Assembly (NCBI GenBank): GCA_002269645.1
Contig: NIVC01004640.1
Location: 1-39,876, forward strand
DNA from: Macrostomum lignano
Taxonomy: Eukaryota
Direction of reading: 5' to 3'
DNA length: 39,876 bases
Part shown: one piece after another, positions 18,671-30,944 of the stretch
Layout: every line of letters starts with the position of its first letter
How positions within the stretch are numbered: the stretch's first letter is position 1
The notes under the pieces: generated by a model
Seen by the model: the letters and a program-made list of their open reading frames with translations, nothing else
Database searches by the model: none
Told to the model about the DNA's origin: nothing
Program-made: the position numbers and the translations under genes

Positions 18671-18984
18671 AGAACCTCAGGGACAATACACACAGAGAGC
18701 GAGTTCAAAGCTCCTTCCAGAAAATTTTTTAAGCCTTTGAGTTCCGCATTGTCATTTTAAAAACCAGGGCAAGTTCCTTTTTGATTTTTTTCAATTCAAC
18801 CTGCGTTAGCATTCAAAGCAACAATACATGTAGATTTTTTCTGGACAGCGATTCAATACAGCTATTGTTTTATGGGAACAATGGGCGCTGAGCTTGACCT
18901 GTGTGGTTTGTATCCGAGTGAAAAGTACCAGCCCGTATACTAAGAAGAAATGACGCAATTGTTGATCAGAGAGTGACTCGAGTG

Positions 18985-19530
18985 TGCCTACATGTAATTT
19001 GTGACTAGAGAGTGATTTGAGAGTGACCTAACGAGTGACTAGAGAGGATTAGAGAGCGACTAGAGGGCACCCGTCGAGTGACTAGAGTCTTACTAGAGAG
19101 TGACTAGAGGGCATCTAACGAGTGAAAGGGGTGTGACTAGAGAGTGACCTAACAAGTGACTAGAGGGCACCTGTCGATTGACTAGAATGTGCCTAGAGAG
19201 TGACTAGAGAGTGACTGGAATAAGCCTAGAGAGTGACTAGAATGTGCCTAGAGAGTGACTAGAATGTGCCTAAAGAGTGGCACTAGAATGTGCCTAGAGA
19301 GTGACTAGAGTGTGCCTAGAGAGTGACTAGAGTGTGCCTAGAGAGTGACTAGAGGTTGCCTAGAGAGTGACTAGAATGTGCTTAGAGAGTGACTAGAGGT
19401 TGCCTAGAGATTGACTAGAGTGTGCCTAGAGAGTGACTAGAGTGTGCCTAGAGAGTGACTAGAGTGTGCCTAGAGAGTGACTAGAGTGTGCCTAGAGAGT
19501 GACTAGAGGGTGCCTAGAGAGTGACTAGAA
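18985..19530. repeat. 22-bp minisatellite (GTGACTAGAGTGTGCCTAGAGA), degenerate at its left end
   Basis: Clean copies at 19190-19530, diverged copies at 18985-19190. Confidence 0.9.
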
Positions 19531-19574
19531 GGTGCCTAGCGAGAACTGGAGGTTGATCCGAGGATGACCTAGCT

Positions 19575-19950
19575 AAGGTTGACCTGAGGTTGACCTGAGT
19601 GTGACCAGAGTGTGACCTGAGTGTGACCTGAGGTTGACCTGAGTGTGACCAGAGTGTGACCTGAGTGTGACCTGAGTGTGACCTGAGTGTGACCTGAGTG
19701 TGACCTGAGTGTGACCTGAGTGTGACCTGAGGTTGACCTGAGTGTGACCAGAGTGTGACCTGAGTGTGACCTGAGTGTGACCTGAGTGTGACCTGAGTGT
19801 GACCTGAGTGTGACCTGAGTGTGACCTGAGTGTGACCTGAGTGTGACCTGAGTGTGACCTGAGTGTGACCTGAGTGTGACCTGAGTGTGACCTGAGTGTG
19901 ACCTGAGTGTGACCTGAGTGTGACCTGAGTGTGACCTGAGTGTGACCTGA
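19575..19950. repeat. 11-bp minisatellite (GTGACCTGAGT)
   Basis: More than 30 copies, nearly perfect at 19770-19950. Confidence 0.97.
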
Positions 19951-20289
19951 GGGTGATCGGTAGAGAAAGCAACTTGCAATAAATAGTAATAACAGGCAAG
20001 CAGAAAGAGCAACACAGGTCAAAAGCCGACTGCACGCACCGTGTCTGCATAGCATGGCCAATTAATGAGTTTCAAAAGCAGAGATTTATTTGATTTGCTG
20101 TTACGCCAGCCACAGAGCTTAGCAGTTGGTCTGCTTCCACTTGGTATTTATTCGTTTATTATATTTTCAAATGATTTCTCCTTTTCATACCGAGAAGCTG
20201 AGGAGGGGAACAGGAGTGATACAGGGAGAGAGGCAACAGGTTACAGCAGCTCCCGTTCGGATGGCCTCTGGCAGGTTTCTCAAGCTCGA

Positions 20290-20598
20290 TCACCAGGCCT
20301 GCGACTGGAACGGATGGCCGGCTTTCTTGTCCAGCCGCTGGCGCTGCCGCTGCTCCCCGATGTCGTCCAGTGCGGCCATGAGGGCGCCGATTTTGGCGAC
20401 ATCGTCGGCTTCGTACGTCTCGCCGGCGGCCGGGGCAGCCGGGGCGGCTTCGGCAGCGTTGGCGGCGGCGCCGGTGCGGAGCGGCTGACCCAGGCTGGCG
20501 CGGGGCGTCAGGCAGAGGAGGCCCAGCAGCAGCAGCAGCAGCAGAGCAGCAGACTGGCGGCAGCAGCTGAGAGCCTGGCGAGGACTGGCGCGCGTCAT
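20290..20598 (-). CDS. Putative neuropeptide/secreted peptide precursor, 102 aa
   Basis: gccATG at 20598. Signal peptide with core AALLLLLLLGLLCL and likely cleavage ASLG|QP. Ala/acidic spacer, dibasic KK, then C-terminal AGHPFQSQAW and TGA. Two AATAAA on the minus strand at 20147-20160. Confidence 0.72.
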   Translation of the reverse strand: MTRASPRQALSCCRQSAALLLLLLLGLLCLTPRASLGQPLRTGAAANAAEAAPAAPAAGETYEADDVAKIGALMAALDDIGEQRQRQRLDKKAGHPFQSQAW

Positions 20599-21659
20599 GG
20601 CTGGCTGCGGGGTTTCAGCGGGGCCGGTCGGCCCAGCGGATTTTGGTATCAAATACTTTTTGGTACTTATAAAGTCTTATTGTATTTGGTACCGGAGATT
20701 TGCTCCCCAAGGCTCAAGCGACTTTTTGAGTTAGAAGATACAGCAGGTTCAGCCGATGAGGGTTGAAGGGTTCAGAGGCTCAGTGTGCTCATGGCTTGGA
20801 GTTACGAGCAATTCTAACCCAGAACCGGGGCCTGTCAGATGCAGAGTATAACAAATTTTGGAATATCCCCGCATCGTTGCGAGACGCCGGCTCTTAATAA
20901 CTCAAATCTGTCAGATGCACAGCCAATTCAAATAGATCTTGCACCTTCTGCATGAGAATTTCTTGTTGTGGCGAACTGCTCCCCCAAGGTCCTGAAAGGG
21001 AGAGAATCAGGATGGGGAGGCCAGCAGACGGACACATGGATCCACAGCAAACACATACACGCACACACACACGCACACACAACTTCGCAATCTACCGCAA
21101 GCAGCACCTGTTGGAATTGGGATATCTGGGATATGACACCAGAAACGTGACCCGGCTGATAGACTGGCTGGAACAAAATTTAATTTACGTGTCTGTCCCG
21201 AATCTCTGAGTCTGAGCAAACTCCGGATGTTTTAGAGCACGAGAGTAGAATGATAAGAAAGCGCGACCTTGATCTTAGCAGCCCTGTCAGCTCAATCTAT
21301 CGACATGAAAAAAATGTTTTACCTGTGGTTTTAAAACTACAGCGACAGCTAGAAAATCTTAAGCAAGACTCAAAAAGCTAGTAGACTAAGTAGACTAATA
21401 CGCGCCTAATCGATGCCTGCTTACATTTCCGCAACTGATGGCGCTCATTCTCTTTGGGTAAATTTGCTTTCATCGCTTATACGCGCTGTTTGCATGTCGC
21501 TTTTAAATTGAATTTCAGATGATTCCCATATGTCTAAGTTTGTCTCAGCCGCTTTAGAGAGCTGATTGGGATCCGAGTCGTCTGCTTAGACACGGAGAAC
21601 TCATGAACTTTTGTCTGCATTGGAGACAGTTTATTAGAATTCTGATGGCTTGTTTGTTT

Positions 21660-22110
21660 GATGTGTCTGTACATGTGTCTTTACATGTGTCTTTACATGT
21701 GTCTTTACATGTGTCTCTACATCTGTCTCTACATGTGTCTCTGCATGTGTCTCTGCATGTGTCTCTACATGTGTCTCTACATGTGTCTCTGCATGTGTCT
21801 CTACATGTGTCTCTACATGTTTCTCTGCATGTGTCTCTACATGTGTCTCTACATGTGTCTCTGCATGTGTCTCTGGATGTGTCTCTACATGTGTCTCTGC
21901 ATGTGTCTCTGCATGTGTCTCTACATGTGTCTCTGCAATGTGTCTCTACATGTGTCTCTACATGTTTCTCTGCATGTGTCTCTGCAATGTGTCTCTACAC
22001 GTCTCTCTCCATGTGTCTTTACATGTCTCTCTATATACGTCTCTACAAGTATGTCTCTGATGTGTCTCATGTGTCTCTGCATGTGTCTCTGCATGTGTCT
22101 CTACATGTAC
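21660..22110. repeat. 12-bp minisatellite (CATGTGTCTCTR)
   Basis: More than 30 copies; source of the MCLY/HVSL repeat ORFs. Confidence 0.95.
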
Positions 22111-22974
22111 CGTAGTCTCTCTCGTAGTTACCGTGAAACCTCTCCGAGTGTCTTTTAAAGTATTAATATGTTTTGAGGCTCTTCTCCATGTGTCTTTTTA
22201 CGTGTGTTCCCTGTGTCATACGTAACATATCACACGTAGCGATCCGCTCTCTCAGTCACTCACGAGAGGACTTGCAGAAGCGCGCAACAAAGAAGGTAAA
22301 CGCAGGCACAAAGTATTCCATTCCCCTGAAGCACCTCTAAACTGCTGACGCAGCTGGCGTCTTCTTTGCCGATAAATTGAAAGTCGAAAATTTAAGCATT
22401 TCAAATCGAATACGAGGCTCAGTTAAGAGCGAGTTTTTGTGTCAGCAATTCCTTCAGTCACTCTCCTCTCCCCTTTGTTCGAGCAGCTATCTAGATACCA
22501 ATGCTTTGCGTCTCAGCCCACTAAGCAAAGCAAGCATTGTCTACACTTTTTAGAAGCAGTTTTAACAGCAGTCGCCCAAAACCCATTCATTCAGTGCTCC
22601 GGCTGACTGCAGATGCCAACTGGAATTCTGAAAATGCCACTGCCAACAACAGAACCGGGACGGAAGCTGAATTTTGGTCTTCTGCAGGTTGTAAAAAACT
22701 TAGAGGCAACTTTTTTAACTGGGTGAGCATTTTTACTCAGTGGCTAGGAATCGTCGAGTTCAGTTATTCCAAAATAGTTTTTTGGTTGTCAAGCCGTTGT
22801 CAAGCTCCGATGCAAGAGAGGATTGTTAGAAAACTGATATAAAGTATTGACAATGATTGGAGCACAAGCTATTTTCTACATGAAATATTGGAATTTCAAT
22901 AGCAATATTTTTAGATAGGCATCGACAAGAGCCTTTCTGGTATTTTTATACCTGCTTTCAAGCTCTGATATGCC

Positions 22975-23722
22975 AACCCCACCCGGTTTCATGCAGCCCC
23001 ACCCGCTTTCATGCAGCCCCACCCGCTTTCATGCAGCCCCACCCGATTTCATGCAACCTTCCACCCGATTTCATGCAACCCACCCGATTTCATGCAGCCC
23101 CCACTCGATTTCATGCAACCCACCCGATTTCATGCAACCCCCACCCGATTTCATGCAACCCCCACCCGATTTCATGCAACCCCCACCCGATTTCATGCAA
23201 CCCACCCGATTTCATGCAGCCTACCCGATTTCATGCAACCCCCACCCGATTTCATGCAACCCACCCGATTTCATGCAGCCTACCAGATTTCATGCAACCC
23301 ACCCGATTTCATGCAGCCTACCCGATTTCATGCAGCCTACCCGATTTCATGCAGCCCCCACTCGATTTCATGCAGCCTACCCGATTTCATGCAGCCTACC
23401 CGATTTTATGCAGCCAAACCCGATTTCATGCAACCCACCCGATTTCATGCAACCCACACCCGATTTCATGCAACCTCCCACCCGATTTCATGCAACCTCC
23501 CACCCGATTTCATGCAACCCCCACCCGATTTCGTGCAACCCCCACCCGATTTCATGCAACCCCCACCCGATTTCATGCAGCCAAACCGGATTTCATGCAG
23601 CCAAACCCGATTTCATGCAACCCCCACCCGATTTCATGCAACCCCACCCGATTTCATGCAACCCCCACCCGATTTCATGCAACCCCCATCCGATTTCATG
23701 CAACCCCCACCCGATTTCATGC
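22975..23722. repeat. ~20-23-bp minisatellite (CCCACCCGATTTCATGCAAC with variable C-run)
   Basis: About 35 copies; the frame drifts with C-run length, which argues against coding. Confidence 0.95.
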
Positions 23723-24282
23723 ACTACTCACTCTAGTGGAAGTTCTCTCACCGAAAGACAACACAGAGAGATAAACAAGTTAAGCAACTATCTTACCTTT
23801 GAGTTTCCTTGCTCGAGTTTGCGCTTCAATAAAGCAAAAACTGATTTTAGGTCGACTGGGTTTGGTAGCAGCCTCTCTAATCCTCCCAGTCCGGTGTCGA
23901 TTTTGAAGGCTGGGAAGCACTGGCCGAAGGGGAGGTGGGTTGGAAACCAGGCAGCGAGCCAACCAGATTTGCACTGTTGTCAGCCGGAGTCCACAGATGG
24001 GGACTCGGCGCTGCCTGAGCTCGCTGATTGGGTGCCCAAGCAGCTTCAAAACCAATTCCGTCAATCGGTGGCCACACGTGAAGGCAAATTGTTTCCGAAA
24101 TTGGCCGCGCCGCCGTGAAGACAAACACAATCAGGACGCGACAGCCGCAGGCGGCAATTGGGTTCAGCTAGTTTGCCGCTCGAGTTGCGAAGGAAAAGTC
24201 CAGTTAGCGATTGACAGATATGAAATACGGACGCCGTGTGTGGTAAGCTGACTCGGTCCAGCTCTTCCCAGTCACTTTCACA

Positions 24283-24476
24283 AGCACGAGACTTCACAAG
24301 CACGAGACTTCACAAGCACGAGACTTCGCAAGCACGAGACTTCACAAGCACGAGACTTCACAAGCACGAGACTTCACAAGCACGAGACTTCACAAGCACG
24401 AGACTTCACAAGCACGAGACTTCACAAGCACGAGACTTCACAAGCACGAGACTTCACAAGCACGAGACTTCACAAG
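24283..24476. repeat. 16-bp minisatellite (CACAAGCACGAGACTT)
   Basis: 12 near-perfect copies. Confidence 0.95.
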
Positions 24477-24519
24477 TTCAAAAGCTTAAAATTTTACAAG
24501 CTCAAATCTTAACCAGCTC

Positions 24520-24732
24520 AAAGCTTCACCCACTAAGCACCAGCTCTAAGCTTCATCAGCTCAAAGCTTCACCAGCTCTAAGCTTCACCAGCTCTAAGCT
24601 TCACCAGCTCTAAGCTTCACCAGCTCAAAACTTCACCAGCTCAAAACTTCACAAGCTCAAAACTTCACCAGCTCTAAGCTTCACCAGCTCTAAGCTTCAC
24701 CAGCTCTAAGCTTCACCAGCTCTAAGCTTCAC
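24520..24732. repeat. 16-bp minisatellite (AGCTTCACCAGCTCTA)
   Basis: About 12 copies adjacent to the previous array. Confidence 0.92.
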
Positions 24733-25344
24733 GCCCATGAGGAACAGCTACCAAGGCAGCAGAGACTGCACCTACACAACGGGCATAACTTCTTGCCTCG
24801 CTGATATCTGCGGGTCGACTCTATGATTATATGAAGGCTTATGCCTGAAGCGCATTCAATAGTGAATTCTACTCCATACGAAATGCACAATTAGCCGCAT
24901 ATTGAGAACCGATCGTGACCCCAGCAGAAAGCTGAATTCATATTTAGGCTCTTCATATAGACGTGAGTCAGGCACCTGCTGTTCCTTTATTCTCTTGGTT
25001 ATTCGCTTTCGAGTTTTGTTGCTTCATGTCGGCATGCAAATTTTCTTAATTAAACTGACCCGCTGCAGTATTGCGAATAGAAAATGTTCAGAACCGGGGG
25101 AATACATCCAGATCAGAGCTACCAAATCTGGTCACATTGTGGCACATTCATCCTAATCCTATAGGTTTTTTGGATGCAAACCAATACAAAATTTGGAATT
25201 CGGGTTTTTGCTTGTCGTCTGGAATGTTAAGTAATATTCACCTAACTACTTCAAGTAGGAACAAAAACATTTGCTTATATGATTACAATTATACGCCAAA
25301 AACGCTTTTTTAGATTTCATGAGATAAAACTCGATAGAGACAAG

Positions 25345-25740
<396 letters not shown>

Positions 25741-26645
25741 GGCCTAGCAATTAAACTCCCCCATAAGCCAGTACAGCGCCGTACTGCAGCTGAGCTTCAG
25801 GCAGAAGCGCTCTAAGCATGCCGGGCCGGCTGTCATTAAAGATGCAGACAGGCGCAGTCGCCTACGGTCGGCCCAATCCCGCGGAGTCCAACAATAGAGA
25901 AGGCAGCTGAGCCCCGCGCACACGCCTAGCTATGCAGATTGCGGGCCCATTGTCAGGATATGGGGGAGCCGGTCTCGTTCCGCTGTCCTTAGCTGAACTC
26001 ATTTGGTCCTTAAGGCAATAATGTCGCATATATTTTTAGTGCTTCCAATAAAATCACAAATTACGGCATTCCAAAACCTTTTTTGACAATTCAAAACTTA
26101 GATTGGCGCTTAGATACCCAGTTTGGCGCCTGAACATCAATTTAAGAGCCTTAATACTCACGTAGGTGCTTATTTTCGAACTTTAATAAAATGAATAACA
26201 AACAAATTTACAACATCAAGCTTTAAAATTACCAGTTGAAGGGTAAACTTTACTTTAGTATCTAATAAACCTAATTTTTTAGACGCATACTACTAAGGCA
26301 AAAATAGTACTCGTATATTAGAAATTTAAAACTTCGAATTGCATGAACTTCTTTCTAATGAAATCAAACAATTATTTTTTACTTTTGGCGCCCATTTGAA
26401 TTTGACAGTGGAATAAAAACAGTAACTACTGTGAACCGTATTGGTGAAAAAATTACGAGTACACAACTTGATGCCTGAATACAGATTACGTCATACTTTG
26501 TATAACTAAGCTTTAGCTGTCAGAGCGCAGTTTCTACGAGCTAGGAAACAAATTCTAAAATATGAGATTTAAAGTTTGCCTGATTTATTGTATAGCATTT
26601 CAAAGTTTTCCGGCGCCATCTGGAGCCTCATAAGTGAGCCACAAT

Positions 26646-27797
26646 CTACTTCTTGGCTTCGTCGTACGTGTCGGCGTTCTTGTAGCCGCTGACGTAGCCT
26701 TCGTTCTTGGCCACGTCCTCGCGACCCTCCTTGCCCTTGCCTTTGCCCGAGTCGGCGTCAAATCGCTCCTTGTGAGCGCCCGTGTAGCCTTTGACATCCG
26801 TCAGGCGCTTTGTGGCGCCGTCCTTTGAGGCGGCCTGCCATAGCAAATTTCAATTAGTAATATGTTTTGCTGCGAACGGATTTACCAAAGACTGTTTTAT
26901 ACGTGTTTAGTACAAGGACCACTAGCTGTATAGGCTATGGAGATGGGTGGGTGCAGTGCCATGGCCATAGACTATTTAGATGCGCGGGTGCAGTGGCCGT
27001 AAACTATTTAGATGGGCGGGTACAGTGGCCATAGACTATTTAGATGGGCGGGTGCAGTGGCCATAGACTATTGAGATGGGCGGGTGCAGTGGCCATAGAC
27101 TATTTAGATAGGCGGGTATAGTGGACATGAGTGGGTGCAGTGACTATTATATATTATATATGCATGAGTGACTATTAAGATGAGTGGGTGCAGTCGTGCA
27201 GTGGCCATAGACTATTTAGATGGGCGGGTGCAGTGCCGTGGCCATAGACTATTTAGATGGGCGGGTCCAGTGGCCATAGACGATTTAGATGAGCGGGTGC
27301 AGTGCAGTGGCCATAGACTATTTAGGTGAGCGGGTGCAGTGGCCATAGACTATTTAGATGGGCGGATGCCAAGGGAATCCCTTACCGTGGCACCGTGAGC
27401 GGTCGGCTTTTTCTCTGAAATCAACTTCTTGACTGCCTCCTCGGCCTTGTCGGCACTTTCCACTTTCTTCTTTGTAGCCGCTTCGGCGCAGAAGTGCTTT
27501 AGAAAGTTGCAAAACTGGTTATAGTCCAGGTCTCTGCATTGGTAGAACATTTTATTCAGACTCAATTATTCTGAATTCTAAGGAATTCATAGTGTCAATT
27601 ATTTCCCATTACCCTTTGATCTTCTCCTTGCCCTTAAATGAGGACACCGAGATGTCCATGTCATTCGAAGTCAACTTGAGCGCTTTGAAAACGCCGCAAT
27701 CCGTGAAGATCTTCTTAATAGTTTTGTCGCTAGCCTTGTCCGAACCTTTCTTTGTGGCGTCGCAGAAAGCGACAAAGCTCGACTTTAGATCGGCCAT
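26646..27797 (-). CDS. TPPP: Tubulin polymerization-promoting protein (p25-alpha family), 173 aa; exons 27797-27613, 27533-27386, 26834-26646
   Basis: Phase-matched GT-AG introns (phase 2, then 0); total 522 nt. C-terminal signature [37 protein letters not shown] includes the GxGxGxxGR motif; N-terminal [14 protein letters not shown] at 26584-26589. Confidence 0.93.
26950..27365. repeat. 32-bp minisatellite (GGGTGCAGTGGCCATAGACTATTTAGATGGGC) in TPPP intron 2
   Basis: About 10 copies with a degenerate middle; period confirmed at 26991/27023. Confidence 0.93.
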
Positions 27798-27986
27798 GAT
27801 TTTTCTTCTTAGAAAGTTTGAAAATATTCGCCTACGAGCGGAGCGGATCAGAGAGATTAGGCTCAGTTCTGTCTGGCTTTTCAAGGAATATTGTGTACCG
27901 CGCATGAGCTCGCGAGAGTACACTTGGGCCATGAACTTCTCCCACTCCCCTGTCTGTCCCCCCACCCTCTATCCAGCTCTGTTTGC

Positions 27987-28088
27987 GTTGCTAGGGGAAG
28001 GGGACCAAATCCTACCCCCTAGCTTATAATTCCCTCCGCGGGAAGAGATTTTAAGCGCATCTAGCGGAGCCCAGTTGTTGCCGGGAAC
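27987..28088. promoter_or_regulatory. Putative TPPP promoter: RFX/X-box-like sites and a TATA-like element
   Basis: GTTGCTAGG at 27987-27995 (CCTAGCAAC on minus), GTTGCCGGGAAC at 28077-28088, and TATAAG on minus near 28022-28028, 190-290 bp upstream of the ATG. Confidence 0.4.
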
Positions 28089-28309
28089 ACTGAGCGTGGT
28101 TGGGTGGTGGGCTAAGTTCCCATATAGCGTCAAGCTCAGCTCCTGTTATTTTATTCGTTAAAATTTCATTGCAAATGAGCGCACGAACTACTGCGAGTAG
28201 TTAAGCAGTTTATAATTTGTTTCAGTTCTTCAGTTCAATTCAGTTCTTCAGAGTGACAATCTTAACATCCCTCTGGAGAGCACCAAATGAAGAAATATTT
28301 TATTACCTA

Positions 28310-28760
28310 ACCTCTCCTGACCCCCCTGATGCTTGGCGTCTAGCCTCCCCTGACCCCCCTGATGCTTGGCGTCTAGCCTCCCCTGACCCCCCTGATGCTT
28401 GGTATCTCAGCCTCCCCTGACCTCCCTGATGCTTGGTATCTCAGCCTCCCCTGACCCCCTGATGCTTGGTATCTCAGCCTCCCCTGACCCCCTGATGCTT
28501 GGTATCTCAGCCTCCCCTGACCCCCCTGATGCTTGGTATCTCAGCCTCCCCTGACCCCCCCTGATGCTTGGTATCTCAGCCTCCTCTGACCCCCCTGATG
28601 CTTGGTATCTTAGCCTCCCCTGACCCCCCCCTGATGCTTGGTATCTCAGCCTCCCCTGACCCCCTGATGCTTGGCGTCTCAGCCTCCCCTGACCCCCCTG
28701 ATGCTTGGTATCTCAGCCTCCCCTGACCCCCTGATGCTTGGCGTCTCAGCCTCCCCTGAT
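28310..28760. repeat. 33-34-bp minisatellite (CCTCCCCTGACCCCCCTGATGCTTGGTATCTCAG)
   Basis: About 13 copies, followed by ~3 copies of a ~26-bp GATCTACTCTCAAC-containing unit at 28798-28870. Confidence 0.95.
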
Positions 28761-29347
28761 CGGTCTGATGCTCGGCATTTCAACCTCACCTGACCACAGA
28801 TCGATCTACTCTCAACCAGATGAGATTGATCTACTCTCAACTAAGATGAGATTGATCTACTCCCAACTAGATTAGATTAATCCACTCTATAAGATTAACC
28901 CACATTGAAGGGAAGCACAAAAATTGCCCACCGAGATTTGCCCGCAGTGTTTAGTAAGTCTTATAATGAGCATCTGTAACCGTAATCGGATTCCAAAAAG
29001 GCCAGAGCAGCAGACTGAGAGGGGGTAACGCTACACTGATTAAAGAGAATTATCGATATTTTTCTGCCACAAGGCAAACCTAATTACTGAAATGGAGTCA
29101 AATTACCTCGCATTTTAATTTAACTGCCCAACAGAGGATTTGAGACAGAATACGAGGGCGAGGGTTAAACGGACACAAGATTCGAGCTGAACCAATTAAG
29201 CTTAGATTTTCTGAGAATTCAGTTCAAAATGCAGAAAGAAAAGAGAAAAATTGCGACATCTTTCTGCTGCCGAGAATGCTGCTGGATGAGTGGATTTTTT
29301 ATTCGAACTCGTTGCAAATAGTTGAAAAACCCTAATTAGAGCGGGAT

Positions 29348-29452
29348 CAAACTACCTAGGGATTTGGGGAGGCCCTGGGACTCAAAATACCTAGGGATTT
29401 AGGGAGACCCTGGGATTCAAACTACCTGGGGATTGAGGGAGGCCTGGGACTT
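29348..29452. repeat. Three imperfect ~35-bp tandem copies (CAAACTACCTAGGGATTT..CCCTGGGA)
   Basis: Direct inspection. Confidence 0.8.
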
Positions 29453-30216
29453 GAACAATCTGAATTGCCAATCTTAACATTTAATAGAGATTGAAATTCA
29501 GCAAAATTGAAACTATATTATGCAATTTTGAGCTGTTCTAGCTAATATTTAGCGTAGGAAAAAGATGGCCAAATAGTGAAGCCTGGATCACTGTGGAGCG
29601 TACATTATATTTTTTTATAAATTTATGAATCAAATATTAAAATTATAATTAATAGTTCAAATATTGGTATTAAAAATTAGGTTTCAGCGTAACGCGCTAT
29701 GTGCCAAATTGTAAAAAGTGTGAAAAACATAATATATGCATAAATAAACAATAACAATATATATATGATCTTTAATCTCTGCAATCATTACATAATACCG
29801 TCAGTCAGCTTTATCTAAACAGATGTGACAGGCTAAGAAAAAAATGCCCTGCAAAAAACAAGACACGGAACACTTGTATACATTAATAATATAGCAGGTA
29901 AAGACGACAGCTGTACTGCTTATGTTTTTAAAACTCTTCAGTTGAGTCGGGTTTGAGAGCTAAAAAAGTACACTAAAAGTATAATATAGGTCCGAGCAGC
30001 TGAGAACGACAGGCAATAAAGTCAATAAATAAACCGAGGAATGCTAGGACCCGCCAGACCAAATAGGCAATTGAGTCCTGCTGTAGCATTAATCAAGGTA
30101 TAAAGGTAATTACGATAATTACCTGGTAAATAAAAAAAGCCTGAAGATAAGATACTATAATTTAGATAGGAAAAGACTAACTATAAATACTAGTAGATAA
30201 CAACATAAAACTGGGG

Positions 30217-30291
30217 GGTCCGTCGTGGCAGGAGCGGTATCGCATCGTTCTGTTGTCCGGGAGGACCCGGGTTCGAGTCCCGGTGTGGCCA
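30217..30291 (+). pseudogene. Degenerate tRNA-like sequence, probable tRNA-derived SINE head or tRNA pseudogene
   Basis: Pol III A box TGGCAGGAGCGG (30226-30237), B box GGTTCGAGTCC (30270-30280) and a perfect T-arm CCGGG/CCCGG. The anticodon stem is unpaired, the acceptor stem is mismatched, and no oligo-T terminator follows immediately. Confidence 0.75.
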
Positions 30292-30944
30292 AATAAATTC
30301 GGCTCAAGATTTCGCGTGTCTGGAGAGACCACAGAATCGATGTGAGATGAGATAGAATAGACTGAGATAAAATAATATGCCAAGATAGTAGAGACAGCTA
30401 AGACATAAAATGAGAGATCGCAGATGATTAAAAAACAAGGCATTGAAGGAATATAGCAGAGAGATCTGCGCATTCACGCTACAACATATAGCAGTACAGA
30501 AATAGTGAATGAGTATATTATATATATAGATAGGGCAATGCAGACTTCAAGTCAGACATGCTTGGGGACATCGCATGTTGGCAAGCGAACAGCTATACGA
30601 AATAAATACTAATATAACATTAATACAATCTACAGGAGAGTTATATCGTTACTTCGCTTATAATATATCAGTTCATGCTCAGCAATTACACAAAATATTT
30701 AACTGCTCAAAAACAATTGTATAAAACTGAGTAAACAGTGCATAGAAACCTGGTAAAAAGTTATGCAGTCGGACTAGAAAAAACCGTTTGCTTTGCATCT
30801 TGAAAAACAATATAAACAAAAGGAAAGTCGATTCGTTCAACAATACATTGTTGGTGAGACAATGCGACTAGAGAGTGAGTCAGAGTAGTACAATGCGAGG
30901 CTCGTGTATGCCAATTGTCAGGCAGCTACTGGCTTTTAACATCT

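Noticed and set aside
20952-21209. Short plus-strand ORF ending HNFAIYRKQHLLELGYLGYDTRNVTRLIDWLEQNL
   Set aside because: Looks protein-like, but no family was recognised, it includes a CA-repeat tract, and no splice context supports it.
20831-24130. Possible non-coding upstream exon of the neuropeptide gene (donor AAG|GTAAGA near 23795, acceptor CTGACAG near 20832)
   Set aside because: The sites are plausible but unlinked without transcript data.
30217-30291. Functional tRNA-Asn(GTT)
   Set aside because: The anticodon stem cannot pair (TCGTT vs CCGGG) and the acceptor stem has multiple mismatches.
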